Assembly: GCA_965198175.1 (NCBI GenBank)
Contig: OZ240245.1
Location: 160,001 to 224,000 of the forward strand
Direction: 5' to 3'
Source: Candidatus Poribacteria bacterium
GTDB lineage: Bacteria > Poribacteria > WGA-4E > PCPOR2b
Length of the DNA stretch: 64,000 nucleotides
Every line of letters begins with the position of its first letter. Within the stretch, counting starts at the first letter, position 1. The notes under the pieces were generated by a model. That model was not told the origin of the DNA and did no database searches. It saw only the letters and a list, made by a program, of their open reading frames with translations. Of the stretch, positions 9,101-18,779 are shown piece after piece. The translations under genes were made by a program, and so were the position numbers.

Positions 9101-9907
9101 ATGATAAAATTAGGTACGATGTCTTTGAATCTCAGGGATACAAACGCTACTGAATTTGCACGAATAGTTTACGAACTCGGTTTCGATGTCATTGAACTGC
9201 ACTCAAGCGCTTTTGAATCGACAGATCTCGAGTATCTTCGTGAACTTAAAATGACGTTGATGAAGCAAGGGCTACCGCTCGGCTATATCGGGATTAGCAA
9301 CGATTTCGGGCGTCGCGTAGATGAACATCCAGAGCAGATTGCGTTAATCAAAAAGTGGATTGATGTCGCGGATTTCATGAGTTGCCCACTCGTGCGTGTC
9401 TTCGGTGCGTATGTCCCTGATGAGTGTGAAGATGAAGAAGCGATCTGGGCGCCGATGATTGCTGGATTCCAAGAAGTCGCCGAATACGGATGTGAAAATG
9501 GCATCCTAGTCGGGTTACAGAACCACAATCACAACAATGTCACCCGTACCGGTGACGATGTGCTCCGTGCCCTTCGGGAAACAGATCGCCCCTATTTTAC
9601 ACACATTCTAGATACTGGACAATATGCTGGGTCGCCCGGTGCCAGCGGTCATGGAGGTTCGTCTCATCCCGACTACGATTGCTACGACAGCATTGCGAAA
9701 ACGGCGCCTCACGCTGTATATGTCCGTGCGAAGTTTTATCACATTGACAGCGGTGTTGAGGAGTGGCTCGATTATCCGCGAATTCTTGACATTCTGCGCG
9801 AAGTGGGCTACAATGGTCCCCTCTCCGTAGTATACGAAGGGGAGTCCAATCCGATTGAATCTATGGAAAAAGCGGTCGCTTATTTGCGGTCGCTTATCAA
9901 TGCTTGA
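9101..9907 (+). CDS. Sugar phosphate isomerase/epimerase (xylose isomerase-like TIM barrel)
   Basis: GFDVIEL, LQNHNH, ILDTGQ, GYNGPLSVVYEG. Confidence 0.85.
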   Translation: MIKLGTMSLNLRDTNATEFARIVYELGFDVIELHSSAFESTDLEYLRELKMTLMKQGLPLGYIGISNDFGRRVDEHPEQIALIKKWIDVADFMSCPLVRVFGAYVPDECEDEEAIWAPMIAGFQEVAEYGCENGILVGLQNHNHNNVTRTGDDVLRALRETDRPYFTHILDTGQYAGSPGASGHGGSSHPDYDCYDSIAKTAPHAVYVRAKFYHIDSGVEEWLDYPRILDILREVGYNGPLSVVYEGESNPIESMEKAVAYLRSLINA

Positions 9908-10000
9908 CAACCGGCACATGACTAGATTTACGTAAGAAGATAAAACGTTGTAGGGGGCGGGAAAAACAGAAAAGCTCAGTTAGATAAAGGCGCTCGCATC

Positions 10001-10630
10001 GTGGAACATAAAACGTGGTTTACTATTGACGGAACATTAGATCCGATCGACTTCCCTGAGCCCAGTTTCTTCCGCTTTCCACTAGAACTGGCAGAGTTTG
10101 TCGTGACTCGATTCTCCAATCCCGGTGACTGGGTTCTTGACCCATTCTGCGGATTTGGGACTACGTTGGTGGCTGCTCAGAACCTTGGACGTCAAGCGAT
10201 TGGATTCGAGAAAGACTCGCAACGGAGCGCTTTTGCTGCCAAGCGGTCGTGCCCTCCAAGTCGTGTTATTACTGAAGACAGTCGGCGTATCCTAGCGCAT
10301 GAATTACCGCATTTTGATTTATTGTTCACAAGCCCACCCTATTCGAGTCTTCGCGATGGGAAAACCGAACAACCTGTGCAGGAGTACGCGGTTGATCTTG
10401 TTAAGATCTTTGAACCAATCCACGGTTGCATGAAACCCGAGAGCAAGGTTGTCATTGAATTATCCAATGTTCGTCAGGCGGACGGTATTCGACCGACGTT
10501 GTGGGAAGCGGGGCGGGCACTCGCTGAACTCTTCTGCCTCGAAGACGAGTTAGTACGGTGCAACACAGGGGCAGAGTTGGCTGGGCCCGGCTACAATCAT
10601 TCAACATTGCTCATCTATCGGGTTGCATGA
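10001..10630 (+). CDS. Small DNA amino-methyltransferase (SPPY, N4C-like)
   Basis: VLDPFCGFGTT SAM-binding motif followed by TSPPY. Confidence 0.8.
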   Translation: MEHKTWFTIDGTLDPIDFPEPSFFRFPLELAEFVVTRFSNPGDWVLDPFCGFGTTLVAAQNLGRQAIGFEKDSQRSAFAAKRSCPPSRVITEDSRRILAHELPHFDLLFTSPPYSSLRDGKTEQPVQEYAVDLVKIFEPIHGCMKPESKVVIELSNVRQADGIRPTLWEAGRALAELFCLEDELVRCNTGAELAGPGYNHSTLLIYRVA

Positions 10631-10805
10631 TTGTAACTTAACCCGTCGTTACGCATCACGTCGCACGGTTTATGTCGCCAATCGATCCAACGCTAATCCC
10701 GGCTTTGAAAAAGTGGGACAGAGCTTCAAAACTTACCTATTCATGAAGTCGCTTGATACACTGATACAGCCTATTTCGTAATCTTCTCTACCCCTCTATT
10801 CCTCC

Positions 10806-10914
10806 GTTGCAGATGCGATACTCAATACAATCACAACAGAGAGTACAAAATCAATGAACTCAAGGAAGCATGTGATATGAATGAAGCGGATGCAGGTTTG
10901 TCGGAACTGCCCGA
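10806..10914 (+). repeat. fic 3' end / hsdS 5' end junction, copy 2 (fic part is a remnant)
   Basis: Translates VADAILNTITTESTKSMNSRKHVI* versus Fic C-terminus VAHEIFNTIMTERTKSLNPRKHLT*. Confidence 0.85.
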
Positions 10915-12244
10915 TGGGTGGGTGTGGACGACGTTGGAAGAGGTAAGCAAACTCAATCCGAGAATTGATAGACAAGGCATTGATGATGATTTAGAAGTCA
11001 CGTTTCTGCCAATGAAAAGCGTCGAAGAACTCAGCGGAAAGACAGACTTATCTGAAACAAAACGGTTTTCAGAACTTAAAAGGAAAAGCTACACACCATT
11101 TCGAGACGGGGATATTCTCTTTGCGAAAGTAACCCCGTGTATGGAGAATGGCAAAATCGCCATTGCCCGTGATTTGAAAAATGGAATTGGTTTCGGATCG
11201 ACAGAATTTCACGTGATTCGGTTGTCAGAAGCACAGTCAAGGCAATTCTTTTGCTTCTATTTTTTACAACAGAAATTTAGACAAGAAGCAAAAAGGGCAA
11301 TGACCAGTGCAGTCGGTCTATTGAGAGTGCCAACTGATTACATGAGAAGGGTTCTGCTTCCCCTTCCCTCACTCCCCGAACAACACCGCATCGTCGCCAA
11401 GATCGAAGAACTCTTCACGAAACTTGATGCAGGCATTAACGCACTCCACAAGGTACAAGCCCAACTCAAGCGGTATCGCCAATCAGTCCTGAAAGCCGCC
11501 TTTGAAGGAAAGCTGACAGGAGTGTGGCGGGGGGAGCATCAGGACGAGATTGAGCCTGTCTCACCAATTGCGAGCGATTTGCCTGATGGATGGGTGTGGA
11601 CAACAGTCGGTAGTATCGGGACAATTGCAAGTGGTCAAACACCAAAAGGAATCAATGAATCGAATTCGGAAGGTGACATTCCGTTTTACAAGATTAGCGA
11701 CATGAATAAACTCGGAAATGAGAAATTCATGCGAAACTCAGAAATCGCGCTTCACGATGGCGAAGTCGAGAGATTGAGAATCCATGTTAGGGCACAAGGA
11801 ACAGTGATTTTTCCTAAGAGAGGCGGCGCAATTGCCACAAACAAAAAGCGGATCCTAACCTGTCAATCGGCTTACGACCTAAATATCATGGGGGTATTGC
11901 CTCATATTGTGTCAACAGATTTTTTCTACCAATGGTTGTTATCAATCGATCTTGCTCGATTATCCGATGGCTCGAATGTTCCACAACTTAATCATAAGGA
12001 TATACATCCGTTGCCTTTCCCTCTTCCTCCACTTGGAGAACAACAAGCGATTGTCTCTGAAGTCGAACACCGCCTCTCCGTTGCCGACGAAGTGGAGAAA
12101 ATCATTACGGTAGAGCTGAAACGCGTTGAGCAGTTACGTCAATCGATTCTCAAGAAAGCTTTCTCGGGGAAATTGGTGCCGCAAGACCCGCGCGATCAGC
12201 CTGCCAGCGTCCTGCTTGAACGCATTAAGGCGGAGAAATCATAG
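10877..12244 (+). CDS. hsdS: Type I R-M specificity subunit
   Basis: Two TRDs each starting LPDGWVWTT; PLPSLPEQHRIV and PLPPLGEQQAIV; RQSILKKAFSGKLVPQDP. Confidence 0.95.
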   Translation: MNEADAGLSELPDGWVWTTLEEVSKLNPRIDRQGIDDDLEVTFLPMKSVEELSGKTDLSETKRFSELKRKSYTPFRDGDILFAKVTPCMENGKIAIARDLKNGIGFGSTEFHVIRLSEAQSRQFFCFYFLQQKFRQEAKRAMTSAVGLLRVPTDYMRRVLLPLPSLPEQHRIVAKIEELFTKLDAGINALHKVQAQLKRYRQSVLKAAFEGKLTGVWRGEHQDEIEPVSPIASDLPDGWVWTTVGSIGTIASGQTPKGINESNSEGDIPFYKISDMNKLGNEKFMRNSEIALHDGEVERLRIHVRAQGTVIFPKRGGAIATNKKRILTCQSAYDLNIMGVLPHIVSTDFFYQWLLSIDLARLSDGSNVPQLNHKDIHPLPFPLPPLGEQQAIVSEVEHRLSVADEVEKIITVELKRVEQLRQSILKKAFSGKLVPQDPRDQPASVLLERIKAEKS

Positions 12245-12401
12245 TGCATTCAGAAGAAGATTCGGTTAAAATTATGTTACGCAATTAAACACCCAAAGTT
12301 GATAGTCGGGCAGTTAATTGCTCGTTTATCGCGAATCTTTTCTTTAGACCATTTGTTCTGATTGACTGACAAACCCCATCTTAGATAAGAGGCAAGAAAA
12401 T

Positions 12402-12668
12402 ATGAAGCAATACCAAGAAGCGCAAGTTATCGATCCTCTCCTCGCGTTAGCTGGTACGCTTGAATGTGAAGTGACGGACATAGAAGACCCAATGTCGGCG
12501 ATGATACGGGAGACTAGCACCAATCAATCGCAGGAAACGCAGGGGGCCGATCTACTCCTAGCATTGGCAGGAACACTTGAATGTGAGGTGACAGATATAG
12601 GCGAACGTCACGACGATTATATCGGGGACGCACTGTTAGCAGAGTTACGAGGCGACAACCATCAATGA
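12402..12668 (+). CDS. Small antitoxin-like protein with internal duplication
   Basis: D[PL]LLALAGTLECEVTDI occurs twice; C-terminal DIGERHDDYI resembles partners of PIN toxins. Confidence 0.6.
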   Translation: MKQYQEAQVIDPLLALAGTLECEVTDIEDPMSAMIRETSTNQSQETQGADLLLALAGTLECEVTDIGERHDDYIGDALLAELRGDNHQ

Positions 12669-12740
12669 AGTTTTCTGAGAAACGCACGAATGGACGAGTT
12701 TAATGTAATCATTTCTCAATCCCAGAATAGGTGACGCGAT

Positions 12741-13214
12741 ATGCAAACACAGCAAAAGAACCTCAATTTCAATCCAACACTCGTAAAAGACTCAGCGGTT
12801 GAGAAACAAATGCTTGATCCTTCTTCGGTCGTCGCGCCAGATGTCTTCTCGCTAGAACATGTCCAGCGAGAAATCGCGAATATCCGAGAGGAAGTAGAGG
12901 AAACCTGCGTGGTGGCTGACGATGTGAAAGCTGTCCCGGAATCGACGTACGAAGAAACACTGTCTTTATTGAAGCAGTTGCCGCACGATATCCCGATGCC
13001 CGTCATGATGTGGTTGGAAGACGGAGGCATTGGGTTGGAGTGGCGTCCGGGGGACGGCATCGCGACGATGAGTATTTACGGCGACAATCTTGTCATTTAT
13101 GGCGCCTTTTTTAACCAAAAGCGTGAATTCGATGGAATTTGCTCGCTGTCAGACAGTGTCTTTTTGAAGGGGTTTGTTATAATATTGAGAAACCCCCCTC
13201 AGAAGAACGCTTGA
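12741..13214 (+). CDS. Hypothetical protein
   Basis: 157-aa ORF with SD-like AGGTG; DGGIGLEW motif. Confidence 0.6.
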   Translation: MQTQQKNLNFNPTLVKDSAVEKQMLDPSSVVAPDVFSLEHVQREIANIREEVEETCVVADDVKAVPESTYEETLSLLKQLPHDIPMPVMMWLEDGGIGLEWRPGDGIATMSIYGDNLVIYGAFFNQKREFDGICSLSDSVFLKGFVIILRNPPQKNA

Positions 13215-13252
13215 TATGTATGATTTAGACTGTTAGAACTTGCGCAGCAACG

Positions 13253-13281
13253 GTAGGTCGCGATTCGGAGATCGCTCCTAC
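13253..13281. repeat. REP-like palindrome GTAGG...CCTAC
   Basis: GTAGGTCGCGATTCGGAGATCGCTCCTAC; related sequence at 26922-26941. Confidence 0.65.
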
Positions 13282-13302
13282 AAAACTAGAGTCATTCCGA
13301 AC

Positions 13303-14751
13303 ATGCCAAATGATTCATCAGCCATTGTACAGAAGTTGTGGAATTATTGTAACGTCCTGCGCGACGATGGGGTCAGCTACGGCGACTATGTGGAACAGTT
13401 GACCTATCTTCTGTTTCTGAAAATGGCGGATGAGCAGACAAAACCGCCGTTCAGGAAGGAGTCCGTTGTCCCAGCGGGGCTAGGCTGGGGAAGCCTCGTT
13501 GACGTGGACGGTGATGCACTCGAAATACATTATCGTCATATCCTGAACGAATTGGGCAAGCAGAGCGGCACGCTGGGGGTAATCTTCAGAAAATCCCAAA
13601 ACAAGATTCAAGACCCCGCCAAACTCAAGCGAATCATTCAACTTATCAACGATGAGACGTGGAGCGGTCTGGATACTGATGTTAAAGGGGACATCTACGA
13701 AGGGTTGCTGCAGAAAAACGCTGAAGATACCAAAAGCGGTGCGGGCCAATACTTCACGCCCCGTTCCTTGATTCAGGCAATCGTGGAGGTGATGAGACCG
13801 GAACCAATGCAAACCATCTGCGATCCCGCGTGTGGCACCGGCGGATTTTTTCTGGCTTCCTATGATTACCTTTCCAAGAAAAGCGATCGGCTTGACAGAG
13901 CACAGAAGCGGTTCCTGAGATACGAGACCTTTCACGGCACTGACATCGTGGACAACGTAGTGCGGTTATGTGTGATGAACCTGCACCTTCACGGTATCGG
14001 CGGAAATGAGAGTCCCGTCGAAACCGGGGATAGCCTTATCTCGGATACGGGTGAGCGTTTTGACATGGTGTTGACCAATCCACCCTTTGGCAAGAAAAGC
14101 AGCATCACAATTGTGGATGAAAAAGGCGGAGCGGGTAAAAACTCGCTCATCTACGAGCGGGAGGATTTCTGGGCGACCACCTCTAACAAGCAGCTTAACT
14201 TCCTTCAGCACGTCAAAACGATTCTGAAAATCAACGGCAGGGCGGCGATTGTCGTGCCGGATAACGTCCTGTTTGAAGGCGGCGCGGGTGAGACCATCCG
14301 CAAGAAACTGCTGCACGAATGCGATGTGCATACGCTGCTTCGACTCCCGACGGGCATCTTTTACGCTCAGGGCGTCAAGGCAAACGTACTGTTCTTTGAT
14401 CGCAGACCCGCCAGCGAAACCCCGTGGACAGAAAAGCTGTGGATTTACGACCTCCGAACCAACCGGCGATTCACGCTGAAAACGAAGCCGATGCGCTACA
14501 GCGACCTCCACGATTTCATCGCCTGCTACAACTCCGACAATCGCCATATTCGGAAAGAGACCGAGCGGTTTAAATCTTTCTCCTACGATGAACTGATGCA
14601 GCGGGACAAGGTTAGCCTTGACATCTTCTGGCTGCGAGACGAAAGTCTTGAGGACACGGAGAATCTGCCGGAACCTGATGAATTGGCGGGCGAAATTGTT
14701 GCAAATCTAGCAGCGGCGTTGGAACAGTTTCAGGACATTTATGAGGCGTGA
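13303..14751 (+). CDS. hsdM: Type I R-M N6-adenine methyltransferase subunit
   Basis: GAGQYFTPR, DPACGTGGF, LTNPPF, RLPTGIFY. Confidence 0.96.
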   Translation: MPNDSSAIVQKLWNYCNVLRDDGVSYGDYVEQLTYLLFLKMADEQTKPPFRKESVVPAGLGWGSLVDVDGDALEIHYRHILNELGKQSGTLGVIFRKSQNKIQDPAKLKRIIQLINDETWSGLDTDVKGDIYEGLLQKNAEDTKSGAGQYFTPRSLIQAIVEVMRPEPMQTICDPACGTGGFFLASYDYLSKKSDRLDRAQKRFLRYETFHGTDIVDNVVRLCVMNLHLHGIGGNESPVETGDSLISDTGERFDMVLTNPPFGKKSSITIVDEKGGAGKNSLIYEREDFWATTSNKQLNFLQHVKTILKINGRAAIVVPDNVLFEGGAGETIRKKLLHECDVHTLLRLPTGIFYAQGVKANVLFFDRRPASETPWTEKLWIYDLRTNRRFTLKTKPMRYSDLHDFIACYNSDNRHIRKETERFKSFSYDELMQRDKVSLDIFWLRDESLEDTENLPEPDELAGEIVANLAAALEQFQDIYEA

Positions 14752-15044
14752 ACGGGTGTTCACCTATGTCTAGCAGAGAGATCCCGTCGCCTTAAACAGT
14801 GCTGTCCTCCTTAGAATATTCCCTCGCAGCTTTTTCCCTTCGCGTTCTTCAAATTCGGCGATGAACCGCTAGCCGCCCCATCTGTTTCAATCCCACCCAT
14901 CAGCATCATACGCTCAACGATTAGACTGAACTCGCTTATCGGCGAAAGCTGAGATTCAACAGATGTTAGCATTTCAACCCTCATCTGGTCATTTGATACA
15001 ATTGCGCAGGAACAACTTTTTCAGCGCTCCAGATGGAAAATATA

Positions 15045-15073
15045 TTGACATAGGCGAGAAATGCGGGTAAATT
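15045..15073 (+). promoter_or_regulatory. Predicted sigma70 promoter (TTGACA-N17-TAAATT)
   Basis: Upstream of the rhodanese-pterin operon. Confidence 0.55.
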
Positions 15074-15260
15074 ATAGAATAACAATGGGGTTCAGTTTTC
15101 CTCGGAAGCGTGCGTAAAAGACGTTACTCCGTATCATCTAGGTTCACATCTCAGAGAATTGGCAGAAGGGTGTTTTTGGTTCAAGAGATGTGGACGAAGG
15201 ACCAATCTATCGTCTTGAACAGAAAACCTAAATTAAAATCTGAAATGGGAGGGTTTTATC

Positions 15261-16109
15261 ATGGCAGATTACGCTCAACCTGAAGTCTTGGTCAGCACCG
15301 ATTGGGTGGCACAACACCATAACGATCCAGGCATCCGGCTGCTCGAAGTCGATGTTGATACCGCCGCCTATGACGAAGGACACATCAAAGGCGCAGTAGG
15401 ACTCAACTGGCAGACCCAACTGTGCGATCAAGTGCGGCGGGATATCTTAACCAAAGAGCAATTTGAACAACTGTGCAGCGATTGCGGAATCCGCAACGGC
15501 ACCACCATTATCTTTTATGGTGACAATAACAATTGGTTCGCCACCTACGCGCTCTGGCAGTTCCGATACTATGGTCATGATGAGAGCAAGCTAAAGGTGA
15601 TGAACGGTGGGCGCACAAAATGGATTGATGAAGGACGGGACTTGGTGACGGACCCATCTACGCCCGCTGCCACAGTCTACAAGGCTAAGTTCCCGGACGA
15701 CAACGTGCGGGCAACAAAGGACAACATCCTTCCAACGCTCAATCAGGGGATTATCAATCTCGTTGACGTCCGCTCTCCAGCGGAATTCACCGGCGAGATT
15801 CTCGCACCGCCTGGTTTGTCTGAAACCGCCCAGCGCGGTGGACATATCCCCGGCGCAGCCAATATCCCTTGGGCGACTGCAGTTGCTGAAGATGGGACCT
15901 TTAAGTCCTATGATGAACTTATGGCAATTTACGGAGGTGAGGGGGTTGACCCGAGCAAGGAAACGATAGCCTACTGCCGAATCGGAGAACGCTCCTCGCA
16001 CACCTGGTTCGCACTGAAGTATCTGTTAGGCTACGAGAAAGTGCGCAACTACGATGGCAGTTGGACCGAATGGGGCAACCTAATTGGCGCGCCTATCGCC
16101 AAATCGTAA
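15261..16109 (+). CDS. Two-domain rhodanese / thiosulfate sulfurtransferase
   Basis: LVSTDW, GHIPGA, YCRIGERS, YDGSWTEW. Confidence 0.95.
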   Translation: MADYAQPEVLVSTDWVAQHHNDPGIRLLEVDVDTAAYDEGHIKGAVGLNWQTQLCDQVRRDILTKEQFEQLCSDCGIRNGTTIIFYGDNNNWFATYALWQFRYYGHDESKLKVMNGGRTKWIDEGRDLVTDPSTPAATVYKAKFPDDNVRATKDNILPTLNQGIINLVDVRSPAEFTGEILAPPGLSETAQRGGHIPGAANIPWATAVAEDGTFKSYDELMAIYGGEGVDPSKETIAYCRIGERSSHTWFALKYLLGYEKVRNYDGSWTEWGNLIGAPIAKS

Positions 16110-16181
16110 CTGATGCACGACGCCCTAATGGTTGATTGGGGCGTCGTCAAACCTTTCGAAGGTTTGATGCGGGAGTTTTAC

Positions 16182-16469
16182 ATGGCTAAGTTTGTTTCGG
16201 TCCACATTATCGCCTGCATGACTCGGCAAGATGTTGAGCGTTTGCTTGTGCGATTTGCAGCCGAGGAGGACGACGGGGTAAAGAATCTGCGCGTACAGTG
16301 CGATACCTTGTCCGGTCGGATGGTCTGCGAATGGGAGGCGCGCGACCGCGATACTCTCGTGAAGTGGTTGAAGAAATGCGATGTGTATTTCCGCGGCGGT
16401 AGTGAGTGGCTGATGCGGGTGCAGCTTGAGTCCGTGGACGGCAAGATAGTAACGCTGACACGATCGTAG
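16182..16469 (+). CDS. Small hypothetical protein (DUF4242-like)
   Basis: GGAG SD before ATG 16182; H..AC and GRMVCEWEA pattern. Confidence 0.6.
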   Translation: MAKFVSVHIIACMTRQDVERLLVRFAAEEDDGVKNLRVQCDTLSGRMVCEWEARDRDTLVKWLKKCDVYFRGGSEWLMRVQLESVDGKIVTLTRS

Positions 16470-16498
16470 AGGTCTGTATCTTAAGCATAATTCCTATC

Positions 16499-17365
16499 AT
16501 GCATCATCTGACACGCCAAGTTGCCTTTGAGGCATCACACTATTATCGCATTCCTGAGCTCAGCGAAGCGGAAAATTACGCGCTCTTCGGCGCGACTGCG
16601 AACCCCAACAGCCACGGGCATAACTATGTGCTTGAAGTGACGGTAAAAGGAGATGTTGCCCCTGAACATGGGATGGTTGTCAATATCGCGATTCTAGATG
16701 GGCTCCTCAAAGAACGTGTTGTTGCAGACTACGATCACAAGCTGATTAACCACCAACATCCCGTCTTCGCAAACAACCCCGATTTACAACCGACGTGCGA
16801 AAATCTGGCGATACAGATATGGCGGACGATTGAACTGTATCTGAAAGAGGCGACCTTACATCGAGTCCGTTTATATGAGGATTCGACCGCCTTCGCTGAC
16901 TATTATGGAGAGGGAAAGATGGTTTATCACACCAAGGTCTATGAATTCAGTGCATCACATCGTTTGCACAGCCTAGAACTTGGTGATGCGGAAAATCAGC
17001 GAATCTTCGGAAAATGCAACAATCCTCACGGGCACGGTCACAATTATGTGTTAGAGGTTATGATTAAAGGCGAGGTGAATCCACGGACGGGGTTGGTTAC
17101 GGATCTGGGATTTCTTGATAGAATCATGGAAAAACAGATTTACGCTCGGTTTGATTTCAAACATCTCAACCTAGACACGCCTGAATTTGAGACAATGAAC
17201 CCAACTTCTGAAAATTTTGTGAAAGTGCTTTGGGATATTCTTGAACCGCATCTAAAGCCGGTCAAACTCTATCGGCTTCGATTGAGAGAGACGGCTAGGA
17301 GCAATTTTGATTATTACGGAGAGCAAAGGTTAACCGATGAAAATTTTTCAAGCGGAGTCCTCTGA
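16499..17365 (+). CDS. Tandem-domain 6-pyruvoyl-tetrahydropterin synthase / QueD family protein
   Basis: Two domains, FEASH...NPNSHGHNY...PTCEN and FSASH...[11 protein letters not shown]...PTSEN. Confidence 0.92.
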   Translation: MHHLTRQVAFEASHYYRIPELSEAENYALFGATANPNSHGHNYVLEVTVKGDVAPEHGMVVNIAILDGLLKERVVADYDHKLINHQHPVFANNPDLQPTCENLAIQIWRTIELYLKEATLHRVRLYEDSTAFADYYGEGKMVYHTKVYEFSASHRLHSLELGDAENQRIFGKCNNPHGHGHNYVLEVMIKGEVNPRTGLVTDLGFLDRIMEKQIYARFDFKHLNLDTPEFETMNPTSENFVKVLWDILEPHLKPVKLYRLRLRETARSNFDYYGEQRLTDENFSSGVL

Positions 17366-17939
17366 GGACAATACAACCACTCCAAATCCAGAACTTGAGC
17401 GCATCTACACTCAACTGCTGGGGCAAATTGGCGAAGATCTTGCGCGACAAGGGCTACAAAAAACCCCTCAACGCGCAGCGGAAGCGTTTCAGTTCCTGAC
17501 GCAAGGGTATCACCAAACCATTGACGAAGTGCTGAACGATGCGATCTTCGACGAAGAATATGATGAGATGGTCATCGTTAAGGATATTGAATTTTATAGT
17601 GCCTGCGAACATCACCTCCTCCCATTTCTTGGCAAGTGTCATGTTGGCTATATTCCCCAAAAAAAGATTATTGGCCTCAGCAAAATTCCTCGCATCGTAG
17701 ATATGTTCTCCCGCAGATTACAGGTTCAAGAAAGGCTGACTCGACAGATTGCGTTGGCGTTAGAAGAAGCGCTGAATCCTCTCGGTGTCGCTGTTGTCAT
17801 AGAAGCTCAACATATGTGCGTGATGTGTCGTGGCGTGCAAAAGCAACACCCGATAATGATGACCAACATGATGCTCGGCGTCTTTCGAGATGAAGATTCA
17901 ACTCGCGCGGAGTTCATGAGATGCATCCAGACCTCATAG
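17337..17939 (+). CDS. folE: GTP cyclohydrolase I
   Basis: [33 protein letters not shown]. Confidence 0.97.
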   Translation: MKIFQAESSEDNTTTPNPELERIYTQLLGQIGEDLARQGLQKTPQRAAEAFQFLTQGYHQTIDEVLNDAIFDEEYDEMVIVKDIEFYSACEHHLLPFLGKCHVGYIPQKKIIGLSKIPRIVDMFSRRLQVQERLTRQIALALEEALNPLGVAVVIEAQHMCVMCRGVQKQHPIMMTNMMLGVFRDEDSTRAEFMRCIQTS

Positions 17940-17987
17940 TGTCTGATCCTTAACAGTTCAGATTAAGAACGGAACGAAGAAAATGCA

Positions 17988-18701
17988 ATGTTGAAGAATA
18001 AGGTTGCGATAATCACTGGCGCGTCGCGCGGTGTCGGCAAAGCCACAGCACTGGCTTTCGCGGGTGCAGGCGCAAAGGTTGTCCTCGCCGCACGCACAAA
18101 ACAAGATTTGGATACTGTAGCAAACCGAATCCACACGGAAGGCGGAGTTGCACGTGTTATACCAACGGATGTAAGGCGAGCCGATGACGTAGTGCGCCTA
18201 ATTCACGAAACGTTGGAGACCTATCATCAGATCGACATTCTCGTAAACAATGCGGGCATCGGCGGCTTCGGTTTGGTGGCGGATTTTGAGGAGACGGAAT
18301 GGAATACGGTTATTGATTCAAACCTCAAGAGCATTTATCTCTGCTCAAAATATGCACTACCATCAATGCTTGAACGTCAGTCGGGGCAGATTATCAACGT
18401 GCTTTCAATTGCCGCGAAAGTTCCGTTCAAGGCATCAAGCGCCTATTGTGCGGCAAAGGCAGGGGCGCTCGCGTTCACAAAAGTCTTGTCGGAAGAAGTT
18501 CGGAATCAGAATATCCGAGTTACTGCTGTCGCGCCTGGCGCCATTCATACTACATTCTGGGACACAATCGAAGAACATCCTGCATTTGATCTGATGTTAA
18601 AACCAAAGCATGTCGCTGAAACAATCCTCTTCGTCGCCGCTCAACCCCCCGACATGGTACTCGAGGAAATTGTCGTTACCCCACCGCATGGCATCCTATA
18701 A
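17988..18701 (+). CDS. Short-chain dehydrogenase/reductase (possible sepiapterin reductase-like)
   Basis: TGASRGVG, NNAG, YCAAK; follows PTPS-folE. Confidence 0.9.
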   Translation: MLKNKVAIITGASRGVGKATALAFAGAGAKVVLAARTKQDLDTVANRIHTEGGVARVIPTDVRRADDVVRLIHETLETYHQIDILVNNAGIGGFGLVADFEETEWNTVIDSNLKSIYLCSKYALPSMLERQSGQIINVLSIAAKVPFKASSAYCAAKAGALAFTKVLSEEVRNQNIRVTAVAPGAIHTTFWDTIEEHPAFDLMLKPKHVAETILFVAAQPPDMVLEEIVVTPPHGIL

Positions 18702-18779
18702 GGAGATAAAATCAGGAAATACGAATAGAAAATGGGTATGATGTGGAGAATGCGTATGCGTTCACTCACTTTCCACGTT

